Virus record (IMG/VR): IMGVR_UViG_643348545_000009
Coordinates: 1 to 53,655 of that record
Strand: one strand, 5' to 3'
Source: a virus
Taxonomy: Duplodnaviria; Heunggongvirae; Uroviricota; Caudoviricetes
DNA length: 53,655 bases
The number at the start of each line of letters is the position of its first letter. Positions within the stretch are counted from its first letter, which is position 1. The notes under the pieces were generated by a model that made no database searches, was not told the DNA's origin, and saw only the letters and a program-made list of their open reading frames with translations. A program made the position numbers and the translations under genes. This document shows, in pieces, positions 29,878-39,039 of the stretch.

Positions 29878-30304
29878 TCCCGGCACAGATAAGAATAAGT
29901 CTTATTCTAACAATGCCACCCTGTCGGTCATCAATCCTCTGCTTGATGGCAACGACAATTATCCGACTTAAATCACAAATCAGACACATAACAGGGCTTG
30001 CGAGGTAACACATCGTCCGGTTTCTTCCACCATCGCACCGGACGAGCGACCATGAGGGGACAACGCCGCGCGCCGTTAACGCGGTAAACCCCGGTGTGTA
30101 TCGTTTTTGATTATCCCCGCACACTCGCGCAGAGGAGTCTCCCGGTCGGGCTGCGGTCATGGTTAATGCGGGAATACGGCGACGATACAGCGCATGATAT
30201 GTCAGGCTTGAATACCTTTATCCGTTAAAAAGGATATCAGTTAAGTTATCCCGTGCAGGGTATAAGCCATTATCAAGCCCACCAGTAGATGGGCTTTGTA
30301 ATGG

Positions 30305-30562
30305 CTACTTCGCTTTTGCTTCCGCTCGCTTACACCGGCGCTTTTCTTTCTTCTCGGCTTTTGCCATGTCCATGAATGCCTGCATGATCGAGTTCCGCAT
30401 CATGTAGCTGACAAAGTGATGATTGACACAGCCGTTGAGGCGCAACTGCTCGCCAAACTCATCCACCGAGGCCAATGCTTCCATCACGCCCTTCTCGCCT
30501 TTCATGAACGCTGAGAAGTCGCGCCCCGCTCTGGAGGCGCATTCAATGACACGATCACTCAT
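30305..30562 (-). CDS. Hypothetical protein, translationally coupled to KilA-N gene
   Basis: 85-aa ORF; ATG overlaps stop of upstream gene (ATGA); terminator-like hairpin GCCCACCAGTAGATGGGC just downstream. Confidence 0.45.
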   Translation of the reverse strand: MSDRVIECASRAGRDFSAFMKGEKGVMEALASVDEFGEQLRLNGCVNHHFVSYMMRNSIMQAFMDMAKAEKKEKRRCKRAEAKAK

Positions 30563-31125
30563 CCCGGAAGCCCGGGGATTGTGATCTGCAACTGGTTAGC
30601 CAGGGAGTTAATCTCAGCGATCAAACCAGGTTTCGTGTAGCGCCATGCCGCAAGGCCTTGCCCGCAGAAGCTCGCCATATCTTTTTTCTGATCAAACTCA
30701 TGACACTTCATATTGAGCTGCGCACTTAAGCTGTTGCGATGCTGGAGTTCTCCGGTGAAGTAGTCATCCAGGACTTTATAGGCTGCATATTTAAATCCGG
30801 GGTTTAGCCATGCTGCATAATCATAAGCAACAAACTTCCCGCCATATGTTCCACCGTGTACACCGCGCTCAGTAAAAACCACAGATTCGTGGTTTTTCTC
30901 CAGCTCGGCTAAGAACTCTTTGGTCTGCTTGTTTCGCAGGTAGTGGTACGGAGATTCAGATTCACTTTTACCACTGGCTTTCCACATATCAGTGAGGCAG
31001 ATCATGCCATCTTCAGCGACACGGATTGGCTGATTGAAGAGGGTTAATGATTTCATGTCGTATACCTGTTCTTTGAAATGAACCTTTGCCGCATAGGAAA
31101 CCAGCCCACCGAGGCTCGCCAGCAC
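30559..31125 (-). CDS. KilA-N domain protein
   Basis: …SLTLFNQPIRVAEDGMICLTDMWKASGKSESESPYHYLRNKQTKEFLAELEK… KilA-N/APSES-like; true start may be the internal ATG at 31056. Confidence 0.65.
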   Translation of the reverse strand: MLASLGGLVSYAAKVHFKEQVYDMKSLTLFNQPIRVAEDGMICLTDMWKASGKSESESPYHYLRNKQTKEFLAELEKNHESVVFTERGVHGGTYGGKFVAYDYAAWLNPGFKYAAYKVLDDYFTGELQHRNSLSAQLNMKCHEFDQKKDMASFCGQGLAAWRYTKPGLIAEINSLANQLQITIPGLPG

Positions 31126-31254
31126 TAACTGGTATCCTCAAAGGCTCATTCCAAAGGGGCAGGCTCGGTGGTTATCATGCGCTGCGGTGCGCGGTGAAAT
31201 TCAGATATGAAAAAGCCCACGCGTTTACGTGGGCTGGTGTGCATGACGTCAGGA

Positions 31255-31584
31255 CTAACCGATGAGTTTTAAATCAGCTTTTCGGTGTTTTTTCTGATCG
31301 GTATAAAAATTTTCATGTGGACCGATGCTAAGGAGGTAGAGCTCAAGTTTATCGTCAAGCCAGCTGTAACCCAGAAGCACCAGTTGATTATTCAGCTGAA
31401 ATTTATGCACACGAAGAAAACTGAGGTCTCCTTTCTTTTGCGTTCCCAACAGAGGATTATCAATTATTCTGTCGATCTCATCTTCCACAACTTTCAGTTG
31501 CGCTTCCGGGAGTTTACTCAGAGACTTTTCAAAACGCCGACTCTGATAAACATCAATTTCACGACCTGTCTGTTCTTCTGACAT
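31255..31584 (-). CDS. Type II toxin, RelE/ParE superfamily
   Basis: 109 aa; …GDLSFLRVHKFQLNNQLVLLGYSWLDDKLELYLLSIGPHENFY… typical RelE/ParE fold signature; overlaps upstream antitoxin gene by 26 nt. Confidence 0.7.
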   Translation of the reverse strand: MSEEQTGREIDVYQSRRFEKSLSKLPEAQLKVVEDEIDRIIDNPLLGTQKKGDLSFLRVHKFQLNNQLVLLGYSWLDDKLELYLLSIGPHENFYTDQKKHRKADLKLIG

Positions 31585-31789
31585 AACGCGTTACCTTGTT
31601 GTGTCTGATTTCGCTTTGTGACAGCAGAACTTCGCTAATAAAACTGAATGGCAGATCTGGATTATCTTCAGCTATACGACCAATCTTAGCCCAGTGCTCA
31701 ATTTGCTTTGGTATGCTGCGACTTGCGGCATCAGCGTGAACCTTTACGTCACTGACGAAATCATCGTCTAAACGGATGCTTGTTGCCAT
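31559..31789 (-). CDS. Type II antitoxin, ParD-like
   Basis: 76 aa MATSIRLDDDFVSDVKVHADAASRSIPKQIEHWAKIGRIAEDNPDLPFSFISEVLL… matching the ParD-like antitoxin family pattern. Confidence 0.7.
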   Translation of the reverse strand: MATSIRLDDDFVSDVKVHADAASRSIPKQIEHWAKIGRIAEDNPDLPFSFISEVLLSQSEIRHNKVTRYVRRTDRS

Positions 31790-31930
31790 TATGGGGTGCC
31801 TCTCTGTGGTTGTACTTCATGCGGTGCGTACGCATACGCTATGGAAAAGCGCACCTAAATCATGCAACAAATTGTCGCATAATGCAATCTTTACCTCCGC
31901 AGAAGATTGACAGCATTCATGCTGGCTCTG

Positions 31931-32398
31931 TTAATTCAGGCACTGAGTACGGATATATTCCTGTGCCCCTTCCAGTTGCTTCTGCATCGTCATCAGCCGC
32001 TCTCTGAGGGTGAAATAATCCCGTTCAGCGGTGTCTGCCAGTCGGGGGCCGGTTGCATTATCCACGCGGGCGGTGCCGGTGGCTTCACGCACGGGACCTG
32101 GACAGGTGGCGTTGATACGCAGGCTGCGGCGACCAGCGGCAACGTCAGCGCGAAGAGTTTCATTTTCAGCTCTCGCATCAGCTAATTCCCTCGAGTATTT
32201 TGCATCGAGCGCAGCAACATCACGCTGGCGCACCTGCATATCAGTAATGGTTGCGTTTGCCAGCTCCAGCTCTCTGACTTTTTTATCGCGCTGCGCTTTG
32301 TAGGTGATGGCGTTATCGCGGTAATGATTCAGCCCCAGACTAAGCACACCACAGGCTACCAGCAGGACAATAATCACCACACACAGAACACGGTTCAT
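31931..32398 (-). CDS. Rz: i-spanin Rz
   Basis: N-terminal TM ([21 protein letters not shown]) then coiled-coil periplasmic domain; contains embedded Rz1 frame. Confidence 0.8.
   Translation of the reverse strand: MNRVLCVVIIVLLVACGVLSLGLNHYRDNAITYKAQRDKKVRELELANATITDMQVRQRDVAALDAKYSRELADARAENETLRADVAAGRRSLRINATCPGPVREATGTARVDNATGPRLADTAERDYFTLRERLMTMQKQLEGAQEYIRTQCLN
31993..32163 (-). CDS. Rz1: o-spanin Rz1 (lipoprotein embedded in Rz)
   Basis: [34 protein letters not shown]…: lipobox AAAC, proline-rich, in +1 frame within Rz. Confidence 0.75.
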   Translation of the reverse strand: MKLFALTLPLVAAACVSTPPVQVPCVKPPAPPAWIMQPAPDWQTPLNGIISPSESG

Positions 32399-32616
32399 AT
32401 CACCACCAACGGATTGCCCAGACCAGAACAGCAATGGCCACAATACGAATGGCAAATGCCATTGCCCGAATAAGTTCAGCACTCATCTTTTTAAAGTTCA
32501 CGATTTCAGCGCAATGACCAGTTTTGCCAGCCCATACAGCATCGGAGACACAGCAATACCAACAGCCACCCACTTAATAGCAAAAGCCAGCGCTCTGCTG
32601 ATGTCATCAGTCACTG

Positions 32617-32748
32617 TCACCCCAGCAGCCCCGACGAAGACAACATCACCCAGGCGAGGGACAGAAAAAGAGCAACCAGCATTAGTGAAAATGAAATACC
32701 GACAATCACACACAGGACCTTTGCCGGCGTTATGAGTTTGTCTGACAT
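32617..32748 (-). CDS. Small putative membrane protein
   Basis: 43-aa MSDKLITPAKVLCVIVGISFSLMLVALFLSLAWVMLSSSGLLG with one TM segment; gene model uncertain. Confidence 0.2.
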   Translation of the reverse strand: MSDKLITPAKVLCVIVGISFSLMLVALFLSLAWVMLSSSGLLG

Positions 32749-32842
32749 CTTTACCCCTTGATAGCAGTAATTAACTGGGCAACCACCCATAAAAACGGAA
32801 TCAGCCAGACCAGCAAAAATTTCCAGTCCATTTTTATCATCT

Positions 32843-33538
32843 TCATGCTGCGGTAGCTCTCCATGCAGCAAGCAGACCAGCAATCCACTCAACACCTTTT
32901 GGGGTGAATTTAACCTGCGTAAAAGCATGACCATTGCCCGTCTCGCCCGTTTTCACGCTAAACCGCCCCGCATCCAGGTGATGCGAGTAAGGCGTCATTT
33001 TTCCAGCGAGGCGATACATTATTCCGTTCTCCAACAAAAACAGCCGGAAATCGGTTTCTTTGATACCGAGTAACTTAGCAACTTCCCGGAATCCCATCAG
33101 ACCAGATGCTTCAACATAGTTATCAACAAATTCAGCCTTCGGCGCTGCTATTGCCAGTTGATTTTCCAGCACTGCTTTCTGTTCAGCCAGTTTTGCCGCA
33201 AATCGCAACGCCTCAGGTAAAGTCCGGGGGATCTGAATACCATGCATCGCTTTGAGTCTTGCCAGCACAGAACGACGAACGGCCTTTGACTCCCTCATGC
33301 CAACGAGCATCATCTGGTCAAAATCCAGATCATAGTATGCCGTTCTTGTCTGGTTATTGTTTAACCGGAATTTTTTTCCGGTTCCATCAAGCTCTAGCTC
33401 ATCCTCAATTTTTGCAAGAAACTTACGCGGTTCATGAGGGACTTCTCCGGCTTCTGCCCGGGCTGGATTAATAATGTTATTCAGAAAATCCAGACTACTC
33501 ATGGATATTTCATGATCGACAGAAATCATCTCTTTCAT
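32843..33538 (-). CDS. Phage antirepressor-like protein (KilA-C/Ant C-terminal domain)
   Basis: 231 aa; C-terminal …FVDNYVEASGLMGFREVAKLLGIKETDFRLFLLENGIMYRLAGK… antirepressor-type pattern; inserted between endolysin and Rz. Confidence 0.6.
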   Translation of the reverse strand: MKEMISVDHEISMSSLDFLNNIINPARAEAGEVPHEPRKFLAKIEDELELDGTGKKFRLNNNQTRTAYYDLDFDQMMLVGMRESKAVRRSVLARLKAMHGIQIPRTLPEALRFAAKLAEQKAVLENQLAIAAPKAEFVDNYVEASGLMGFREVAKLLGIKETDFRLFLLENGIMYRLAGKMTPYSHHLDAGRFSVKTGETGNGHAFTQVKFTPKGVEWIAGLLAAWRATAA

Positions 33539-33811
33539 GGTTGATTCCTTTTAGTGATGAACCCTGCGCACAGGAATAACCAGCCCAAAGAGGGTTAACC
33601 AGACCACTGCCGGTTATCCACCAGGGCTCATCCTGAAAGGTTCTTTGGTTTATTTACGCTTGTGCGAAGCGCAGAAATGACAAAGGCACCATTACGGTGC
33701 CTCTGCGTGAAATAATGTTCCTGACTTTATTCACTTACATTTTGCCAGCTCGCAGGATTTCGTGTTATCCGCCCGCGTGAGCAAGCGTCATTTTTCAGCA
33801 AAATATTCTGC

Positions 33812-34345
33812 TTATCTGTCGATTCCCCAGCACGCCAGCGCGCTCTCCTGGTCTCGCCGGGATACCTGACCGTAACAGTTATTTGAGCGAATACGGCAGT
33901 CCCTGCCACCGTCCTTAATCCACCAGCGAATCGCCTCACATGCTCCCCTGCGATCACCAGCATTAATTCGTTTATAAAACGTCGACGGGAAACACTTACC
34001 GGGACCAATGTTGTACGGACAGAATGACGCGATCCCCGCTTTCTGGGGTTCGGTCAGCGGCACTCTGATGTTTTTCTCCACCCACGCCAGCGCTTTATCA
34101 CGCTCAATGGCGTTAACCCGGTCGCATTTTCCCTTCGACAGCTTCATGCCAGGAATAACAGGCTTACCATCCACCCGGGTGGCTCCACGGCAGATGGTCC
34201 AGATCCCCGCACCATCACGGTATGCCATGGTGTGGTTACCTTCTTTTTCGTCAAGAAACTGGTCGAGGATTTCAGGCGCAGACGCCCCTGCACCAATCAG
34301 CGCCAGAACGACAGCCGACAGGCCGTATTTGATTTTTGCGTTCAT
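33812..34345 (-). CDS. R: SAR endolysin (phage lysozyme with N-terminal signal-anchor-release domain)
   Basis: 177 aa; N-terminal MNAKIKYGLSAVVLALIGAGASAPEIL… SAR-like segment, lysozyme core …GIWTICRGAT… resembling R21/P1 Lyz. Confidence 0.85.
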   Translation of the reverse strand: MNAKIKYGLSAVVLALIGAGASAPEILDQFLDEKEGNHTMAYRDGAGIWTICRGATRVDGKPVIPGMKLSKGKCDRVNAIERDKALAWVEKNIRVPLTEPQKAGIASFCPYNIGPGKCFPSTFYKRINAGDRRGACEAIRWWIKDGGRDCRIRSNNCYGQVSRRDQESALACWGIDR

Positions 34346-34456
34346 GGATATTTATCAGGATTTATCGGTTCCGAATCCCTGGATATGTTAAGCCTTCACC
34401 CCGCCAGTGGTGGGCACTGGCCAGGGTATGTCAATCTGATAAACACAGAGGTGACT

Positions 34457-34717
34457 ATGGATTATCCAAATCTACCAAAACAAACTTTTGCTGATTTAAT
34501 CGCACTCAGGCAAGCAGTCGTAGCTCTAATCAACGTGTTGCCGGATGAGGAAAAGGAATTAGTTAAAGCAATTCTTAACAGAACTGCCGCCGATTTTTCA
34601 TCATTCCCACTGACAGATGACCTTGCGGACCTTCCTGAATTAATTGCAGCGTCCGCCATTAAGCTTACTGAAGAGATTTACTCTCCTCAAAAGCCTTCAC
34701 AAAATTCCTGCGAGTAA
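34457..34717 (+). CDS. Hypothetical acidic protein, convergent with the 169-aa gene
   Basis: 86 aa from ATG 34457 with GAGGTG 3 nt upstream; 3' end overlaps the opposite-strand 34665..35174 gene by 53 nt. Confidence 0.35.
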   Translation: MDYPNLPKQTFADLIALRQAVVALINVLPDEEKELVKAILNRTAADFSSFPLTDDLADLPELIAASAIKLTEEIYSPQKPSQNSCE

Positions 34718-35174
34718 CTTCAATGCAATAATCGTAAAACGCCGCGAACTGCTCATCGCGGCGTTTTTTTGCATCTTCAGAAGGCATCAGCGTCGACAGT
34801 TTTTTATTCAGTTCAACGACGCAATTCTCCAGTTTTTCAATGCGTGATTCGATATCATCTTTTTCTGACAGTATCGTGTTATATGCATTGTTAATTTGTA
34901 TGGTATACCGATCTTCGGAACAAAGGCACTTTTCCTGTGACTGTTCATCCCCTTCACATAACCCGGCAGCAATATCCATGAAAAACTGCTTCGCCTTCTT
35001 TTTCGCCTCAGCTTCGTAAAACTCCAGCGGGGCACCTTCAACACGATCAAGATCAATCACCACATTTGGCAACAACAGTGACGTATACCCACCCGTTTCC
35101 AGCGCTACAGTAACAGTAATCTTATCCGGGTAATTATTTATCCCTTTAACAACCAGTTCGTATTGTTTATTCAT
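34665..35174 (-). CDS. Hypothetical protein inserted between holin and endolysin
   Basis: 169 aa, soluble, coiled-coil C-terminal half; ATG at 35172-35174 overlaps the S21-like frame stop (ATGA). Confidence 0.5.
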   Translation of the reverse strand: MNKQYELVVKGINNYPDKITVTVALETGGYTSLLLPNVVIDLDRVEGAPLEFYEAEAKKKAKQFFMDIAAGLCEGDEQSQEKCLCSEDRYTIQINNAYNTILSEKDDIESRIEKLENCVVELNKKLSTLMPSEDAKKRRDEQFAAFYDYCIEVTRRNFVKAFEESKSLQ

Positions 35175-35211
35175 CGTCTACTCTCCCCGCGCCGCCTTAC
35201 GCCGGTCTTCT

Positions 35212-35394
35212 TTAATCTTTGAAATACCGGTTCGTCAGATATGTCAGCAGCCCAAACAGCAGACTCCCCAGCACGCCTATTGCCGCCCACTGAGACGGGG
35301 AAACCCTGTCCAGAAACTGCAGGAACCAGTAGCCCGTTCCCACCGCTGACGTGGTGTATGACACACCTGTTGTGATTTTTTCCATCTGGTACAT
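35212..35394 (-). CDS. S: Pinholin (S21-like class II holin), C-terminally truncated by a +1 frameshift
   Basis: [60 protein letters not shown] matches S21 as recalled (…[25 protein letters not shown]…LTYLTN.YFK); dual Met starts; the S21-like tail [13 protein letters not shown] is encoded in another frame. Confidence 0.8.
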   Translation of the reverse strand: MYQMEKITTGVSYTTSAVGTGYWFLQFLDRVSPSQWAAIGVLGSLLFGLLTYLTNRYFKD

Positions 35395-35469
35395 ACCCCG
35401 TCTCCCGTACTCGGAAGCTCACAACAACAAAAGGGCCACCAGCTCTTTACTGATGGCCCTGCCCCGCCG

Positions 35470-35760
35470 TTACAGCATTGTGCCCGGTTCGGGTTGTGTG
35501 TCTGTCATATCCGTCACCGGTGACTCCGGCTGAATATCACCATTTTCCGTGGTGACATCTTCCGCCTGTGGTTCCGGAAGCAGTTCCGGGGATGGTTCCG
35601 GCTGTGCACCAAGCAATTCATCCAGAATTGAATCCACTTCTGCATCAAGACGCGCCTCAAGGTTCTGCCGAAGTTGCTGTTTCAGTGCGCTCCGGACTTC
35701 TTCAGAGCGCAGGACTTCCTTCACTGCCTCAGCAGTGACCAGCGATTTTATTTCTGACAT
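35470..35760 (-). CDS. Hypothetical acidic protein
   Basis: 96 aa from ATG 35760 (MSEIKSLVTAEAVKEVLRSEEV…), Glu/Pro-rich C-terminus. Confidence 0.4.
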   Translation of the reverse strand: MSEIKSLVTAEAVKEVLRSEEVRSALKQQLRQNLEARLDAEVDSILDELLGAQPEPSPELLPEPQAEDVTTENGDIQPESPVTDMTDTQPEPGTML

Positions 35761-35797
35761 AGGATTTTCTCGTTGAAAGGTGTTGTCAAGAAAGTGA

Positions 35798-35980
35798 CTA
35801 CGGAATGAGCGGATCTTCGGGTTTGCTTCCGGCTGACTGACTGGCGCTGATTTTCTCTGCGGCCCTTTTATCAATCTGCCTGCGCCAGAAATCGCGCACT
35901 GCCCTGTACCCACCCGAAAGAAGATACATAACACAGACTGCCGTACAGAAGTACAGCATCACCTGATGAACAAATGTCAT
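35798..35980 (-). CDS. Small putative membrane protein
   Basis: 60 aa with one TM segment (VMLYFCTAVCVMYLL). Confidence 0.3.
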   Translation of the reverse strand: MTFVHQVMLYFCTAVCVMYLLSGGYRAVRDFWRRQIDKRAAEKISASQSAGSKPEDPLIP

Positions 35981-36119
35981 AGTTTCTTACCGTTATGGTT
36001 GACAATGAGAACTGTTTTCATTTAAAAAACCGATATACGAAAGCATCTTTTCTTTACATTCTCCATTGGGATTACCTCCGCCAGCTTCCGTTCCTGCCGC
36101 TGGCGGCTTTTTTTGCCGG

Positions 36120-38108
36120 TTATGATGATGCCCGGCTTTCGTTAACTTTGACTGTGACCGTATCAAGCAGTACAGGATACGTCGCTTTTGCCCCCGTGAT
36201 ATCTGTCAGCGTCAGCGTATCTGCTGTAAAGCCATCATTTGTCCACATCACAAGGTCAAACGCCGTCTGCTCTGTACCATCAATTACCGGAACGACTCTT
36301 TCGCTGTTATTTCCCGCAAAGCGGAAAACAACCGTATGCCAGTTATGGTCAAACGCACCAAATGTACCCAGTTGTGCATTCGACGTGCCCTTGTGGTGCA
36401 TAAGATTCAGATTTGATGCATCCGTCTGAAGGAAGAATGATGCCAGCATACTGTTTGCTGCCGCGCCTGACGCCCACTGCGACACCGGCCAGTAGAGACC
36501 AAAGACAAACTGTCCGTTCACCAGTTCGCTTCCATCCGGAATTTTGAACCGTACGGCAATTTCACCCCCCTTGCTGAGAAGATTTTTTGCCTCCTCCACT
36601 GCAACAGTACGGAACATTTTCCAGGACGTCAGTTTACCGGGCTGTTTTTCCAGTCGTAGCGCTTTCCGTCCACCGTCATCAGTCACAGTGCCTTTGCCAC
36701 CGGCAGCCCCCCACTGCTGCTCTGTCCATACACCATTTCCACTGTTCGCATCATATTCAGCCACCGTCCTGGTACTGCTCACGGCCTCATCATGACCAGT
36801 ACCAGCAACACCGCCATCCTGCGGTTTCTCAACACCCGGTACCCCCGGACTGACATCATCACCGGGAGTTGTACCACCCAACTGCGGTGCGCTCTGCCCG
36901 GTAAGGAACGATAATGTCCGCCCGGCGTACTGCAAAATGGCACCTGCCAGGCGGTCTGAAACAATGCCTCTTCGCGCCCATGAACTGAAGTGCGTTTTAC
37001 GATCGGCTGACGTCCAGTTACTGGCAGTGCGTGACGCAGCACCATAGTATCCCGCCGGGATAATGTCCGGATCTTCTGACGGCTCGTTTGTCGGCACATT
37101 CACACCATGCTCATCCGTCATCAACGGCACAAAGAAGATTTTTTTTGCGGATTTCGTCTTGTATGCACCATACACCGCATCGTATTGCGAAGAATAAGTC
37201 TGCTTCCAGTAGTAGGTCGTGTCGCCACAAATCCAGGGAACCGATGACGGAGAGCCCCCGAGACACTGACCTCCGAATTCCGACAGGTCAGAACGATATT
37301 TTTCCACCATGGAATCAAACAGCCCCGGCTGAGTGGCGTATGCACCCTGTTTCAAATCAAACTCGCCCTGCATCCAGACCACTGCAAGCAGAATATTTTT
37401 AGGGTTAGCCTTCAGTGCGGCCTGAGTACGGGTAAGCAGGTCCTTGTACAGTGGCTTATCTACACCCCAGCGTGCCGAGGTCTCGCTTGCGCCGGTGGAT
37501 TCGCTGAAAGTACCTTCATCGCCCTCCAAAAATGCAGAACCACCACGGCAGCACGGAACCAGAAGAATACCGGCATTCGCCGGAATAAACGGCAGCAGTT
37601 TTTTGGCGATATGCAGCCCCTGCCCCACGGTTCCGTACTGCCCCTTTGACAAGTCCGCTTTCGGATGGTTAAGACGGCTCATGTCCTGTACATCATGCAG
37701 ACAATGGTCCGCCGGAATGATGTCGTTATATTTACAGGCGACACCACCCGGTGTCACCGTACTGCGACGCGCCAGTTGCTTAATGCGCGGGTCCGGACGG
37801 TCATATGTCTCCGGCAGCGGCAGCCCTTCACCAAAAGACATTGAGTTTGACTGCCCCGCCAGAACAACAACAAAGTAATACTCCGGTTCGCTGGTGGTGC
37901 TGATAACTGTGCCTTCTCCATCCGACGGCTTCACCACCACAGGTGTGGTGACATCACCTTCCGCCGCAATGGCCTGCATCAGGGTATAAGGCGTGATGGC
38001 GACAGGGCTGCCAAATGGCTGCCACCCCTCCTTCAGTTTTTGTGTCAGTCGCTCCGCAAGGTCTGACGGCGACGCCGCCCTGACCACATCGTAGTGTTTA
38101 AATGTCAT
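36120..38108 (-). CDS. nanS-p: Prophage-encoded sialate O-acetylesterase-like protein (NanS-p-like; DUF1737 N-terminus plus SGNH-type esterase)
   Basis: 662 aa; N-terminal MTFKHYDVVRAASPSDLAERLTQKLKEGWQPFGSPVAI… DUF1737-like; …VVLAGQSNSM… SGNH-like motif; position between Q and lysis genes as in Stx-type phages; GGGAGG upstream of ATG. Confidence 0.8.
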   Translation of the reverse strand: MTFKHYDVVRAASPSDLAERLTQKLKEGWQPFGSPVAITPYTLMQAIAAEGDVTTPVVVKPSDGEGTVISTTSEPEYYFVVVLAGQSNSMSFGEGLPLPETYDRPDPRIKQLARRSTVTPGGVACKYNDIIPADHCLHDVQDMSRLNHPKADLSKGQYGTVGQGLHIAKKLLPFIPANAGILLVPCCRGGSAFLEGDEGTFSESTGASETSARWGVDKPLYKDLLTRTQAALKANPKNILLAVVWMQGEFDLKQGAYATQPGLFDSMVEKYRSDLSEFGGQCLGGSPSSVPWICGDTTYYWKQTYSSQYDAVYGAYKTKSAKKIFFVPLMTDEHGVNVPTNEPSEDPDIIPAGYYGAASRTASNWTSADRKTHFSSWARRGIVSDRLAGAILQYAGRTLSFLTGQSAPQLGGTTPGDDVSPGVPGVEKPQDGGVAGTGHDEAVSSTRTVAEYDANSGNGVWTEQQWGAAGGKGTVTDDGGRKALRLEKQPGKLTSWKMFRTVAVEEAKNLLSKGGEIAVRFKIPDGSELVNGQFVFGLYWPVSQWASGAAANSMLASFFLQTDASNLNLMHHKGTSNAQLGTFGAFDHNWHTVVFRFAGNNSERVVPVIDGTEQTAFDLVMWTNDGFTADTLTLTDITGAKATYPVLLDTVTVKVNESRASS

Positions 38109-38210
38109 GAATCCTCCCGGTCGGGATAATGTTGTGAGTCAGATGAGGGGCGGGCTGAAGTCCGGAAGTTACAGGACAATGGCAGGAGGAAGACTACAGC
38201 CCGCAATACG

Positions 38211-38235
38211 AAAAAGGCCGCGCAGTTGCGCAGCC
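38211..38235 (-). terminator. Intrinsic terminator about 100 bp upstream of the esterase gene
   Basis: Hairpin GGCTGCGCAACTGCGCGGCC followed by UUUUU on the minus strand. Confidence 0.4.
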
Positions 38236-38290
38236 TTATGAATTCTGGTTAAAATCCATTCGATTATAAAAATGTATATCTCATGCTGTT

Positions 38291-38316
38291 GCCCGAACCC
38301 ACTCGGGCTTTTTTTT
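38291..38316 (+). terminator. Plus-strand intrinsic terminator-like hairpin
   Basis: GCCCGA-ACCCACT-CGGGC followed by T8. Confidence 0.4.
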
Positions 38317-38326
38317 GCCCACAAGA

Positions 38327-38556
38327 AAGCCCCTCCGGAGAGGGGCTAAAGCCGCGTATCTGTATCATCATGCACATGGTGCCGGGTGCCTCCCGGTGAG
38401 TTCAGCCCGGTGCCACTAAACCCGCGTCATTCTCGTTTTGATAATCAGAGATTATACCGTCACCAGTCGCCCCTCCGCTCAGGGGGATTCACCATGCGAA
38501 ATTTTTTTAACAAATGCCCAGTCTGACAGGCAACTGTCAACTTACTGAATTGTGAG
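38327..38556. repeat. Copy A of a ~230-bp hairpin-rich element
   Basis: Shares with copy B: AAAGCCCCTCCGGAGAGGGGCT, ATGCCGGGTGCCTCCCGGTGAGTTCAG, CCCCTCCGC.CAGGGGGATTCACCATGC, TTTTAACAAA, CAGTCAAC, CTGAATTGTGAG, in the same order. Confidence 0.6.
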
Positions 38557-38812
38557 CAACATAGCATTTAACGGGGAACCTGTTTTCTGCAGTAAAAAGG
38601 CCCACCGGAGCGGATGGGCCTGGAAGGATAGCGGTCATGTGATGCCGGTTTCCCGGTAACTCAGCACCGGTATCTGAGTCAACGTTTTCTCTACTGGGTC
38701 ATTTCCGATACGCCCTGCCTGCTGACAGGCTTTCATCACATCTGAAAATATAGCACCCTGACTGATACTGTAGTACCTAAGGTTCCAGAAACTGTGATGT
38801 ATCCGGCACAGA

Positions 38813-39039
38813 AAAGCCCCTCCGGAGAGGGGCTGGAGAGTGGCGCTATGTGCCATTGCATGATGCCGGGTGCCTCCCGGTGAGTTCAGTATCAGCACCT
38901 GAACCCGCACAGAAAGGATAAGGGTCGGTGACAAAACACCAGTCGCTGATTGCCCCTCCGCACAGGGGGATTCACCATGCCAGTTTCTTTTAACAAACTC
39001 CCCGCAAACCAGACAACAGTCAACCGCCTGAATTGTGAG
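38813..39039. repeat. Copy B of the ~230-bp hairpin-rich element
   Basis: Same ordered motif set as copy A; diverged spacers. Confidence 0.6.

Noticed and set aside
29887-30304. ~420-bp GC-rich non-coding interval considered as a structured RNA (retron ncRNA or riboswitch)
   Set aside because: No reverse transcriptase or cognate downstream gene, no recognisable riboswitch consensus; only a terminator-like hairpin at 30279-30296 is evident. Left as unassigned intergenic DNA.
33727-34008. 93-aa minus-strand ORF overlapping the 3' part of the endolysin gene
   Set aside because: Alternative frame of the endolysin coding region with Arg-rich composition; no independent support.
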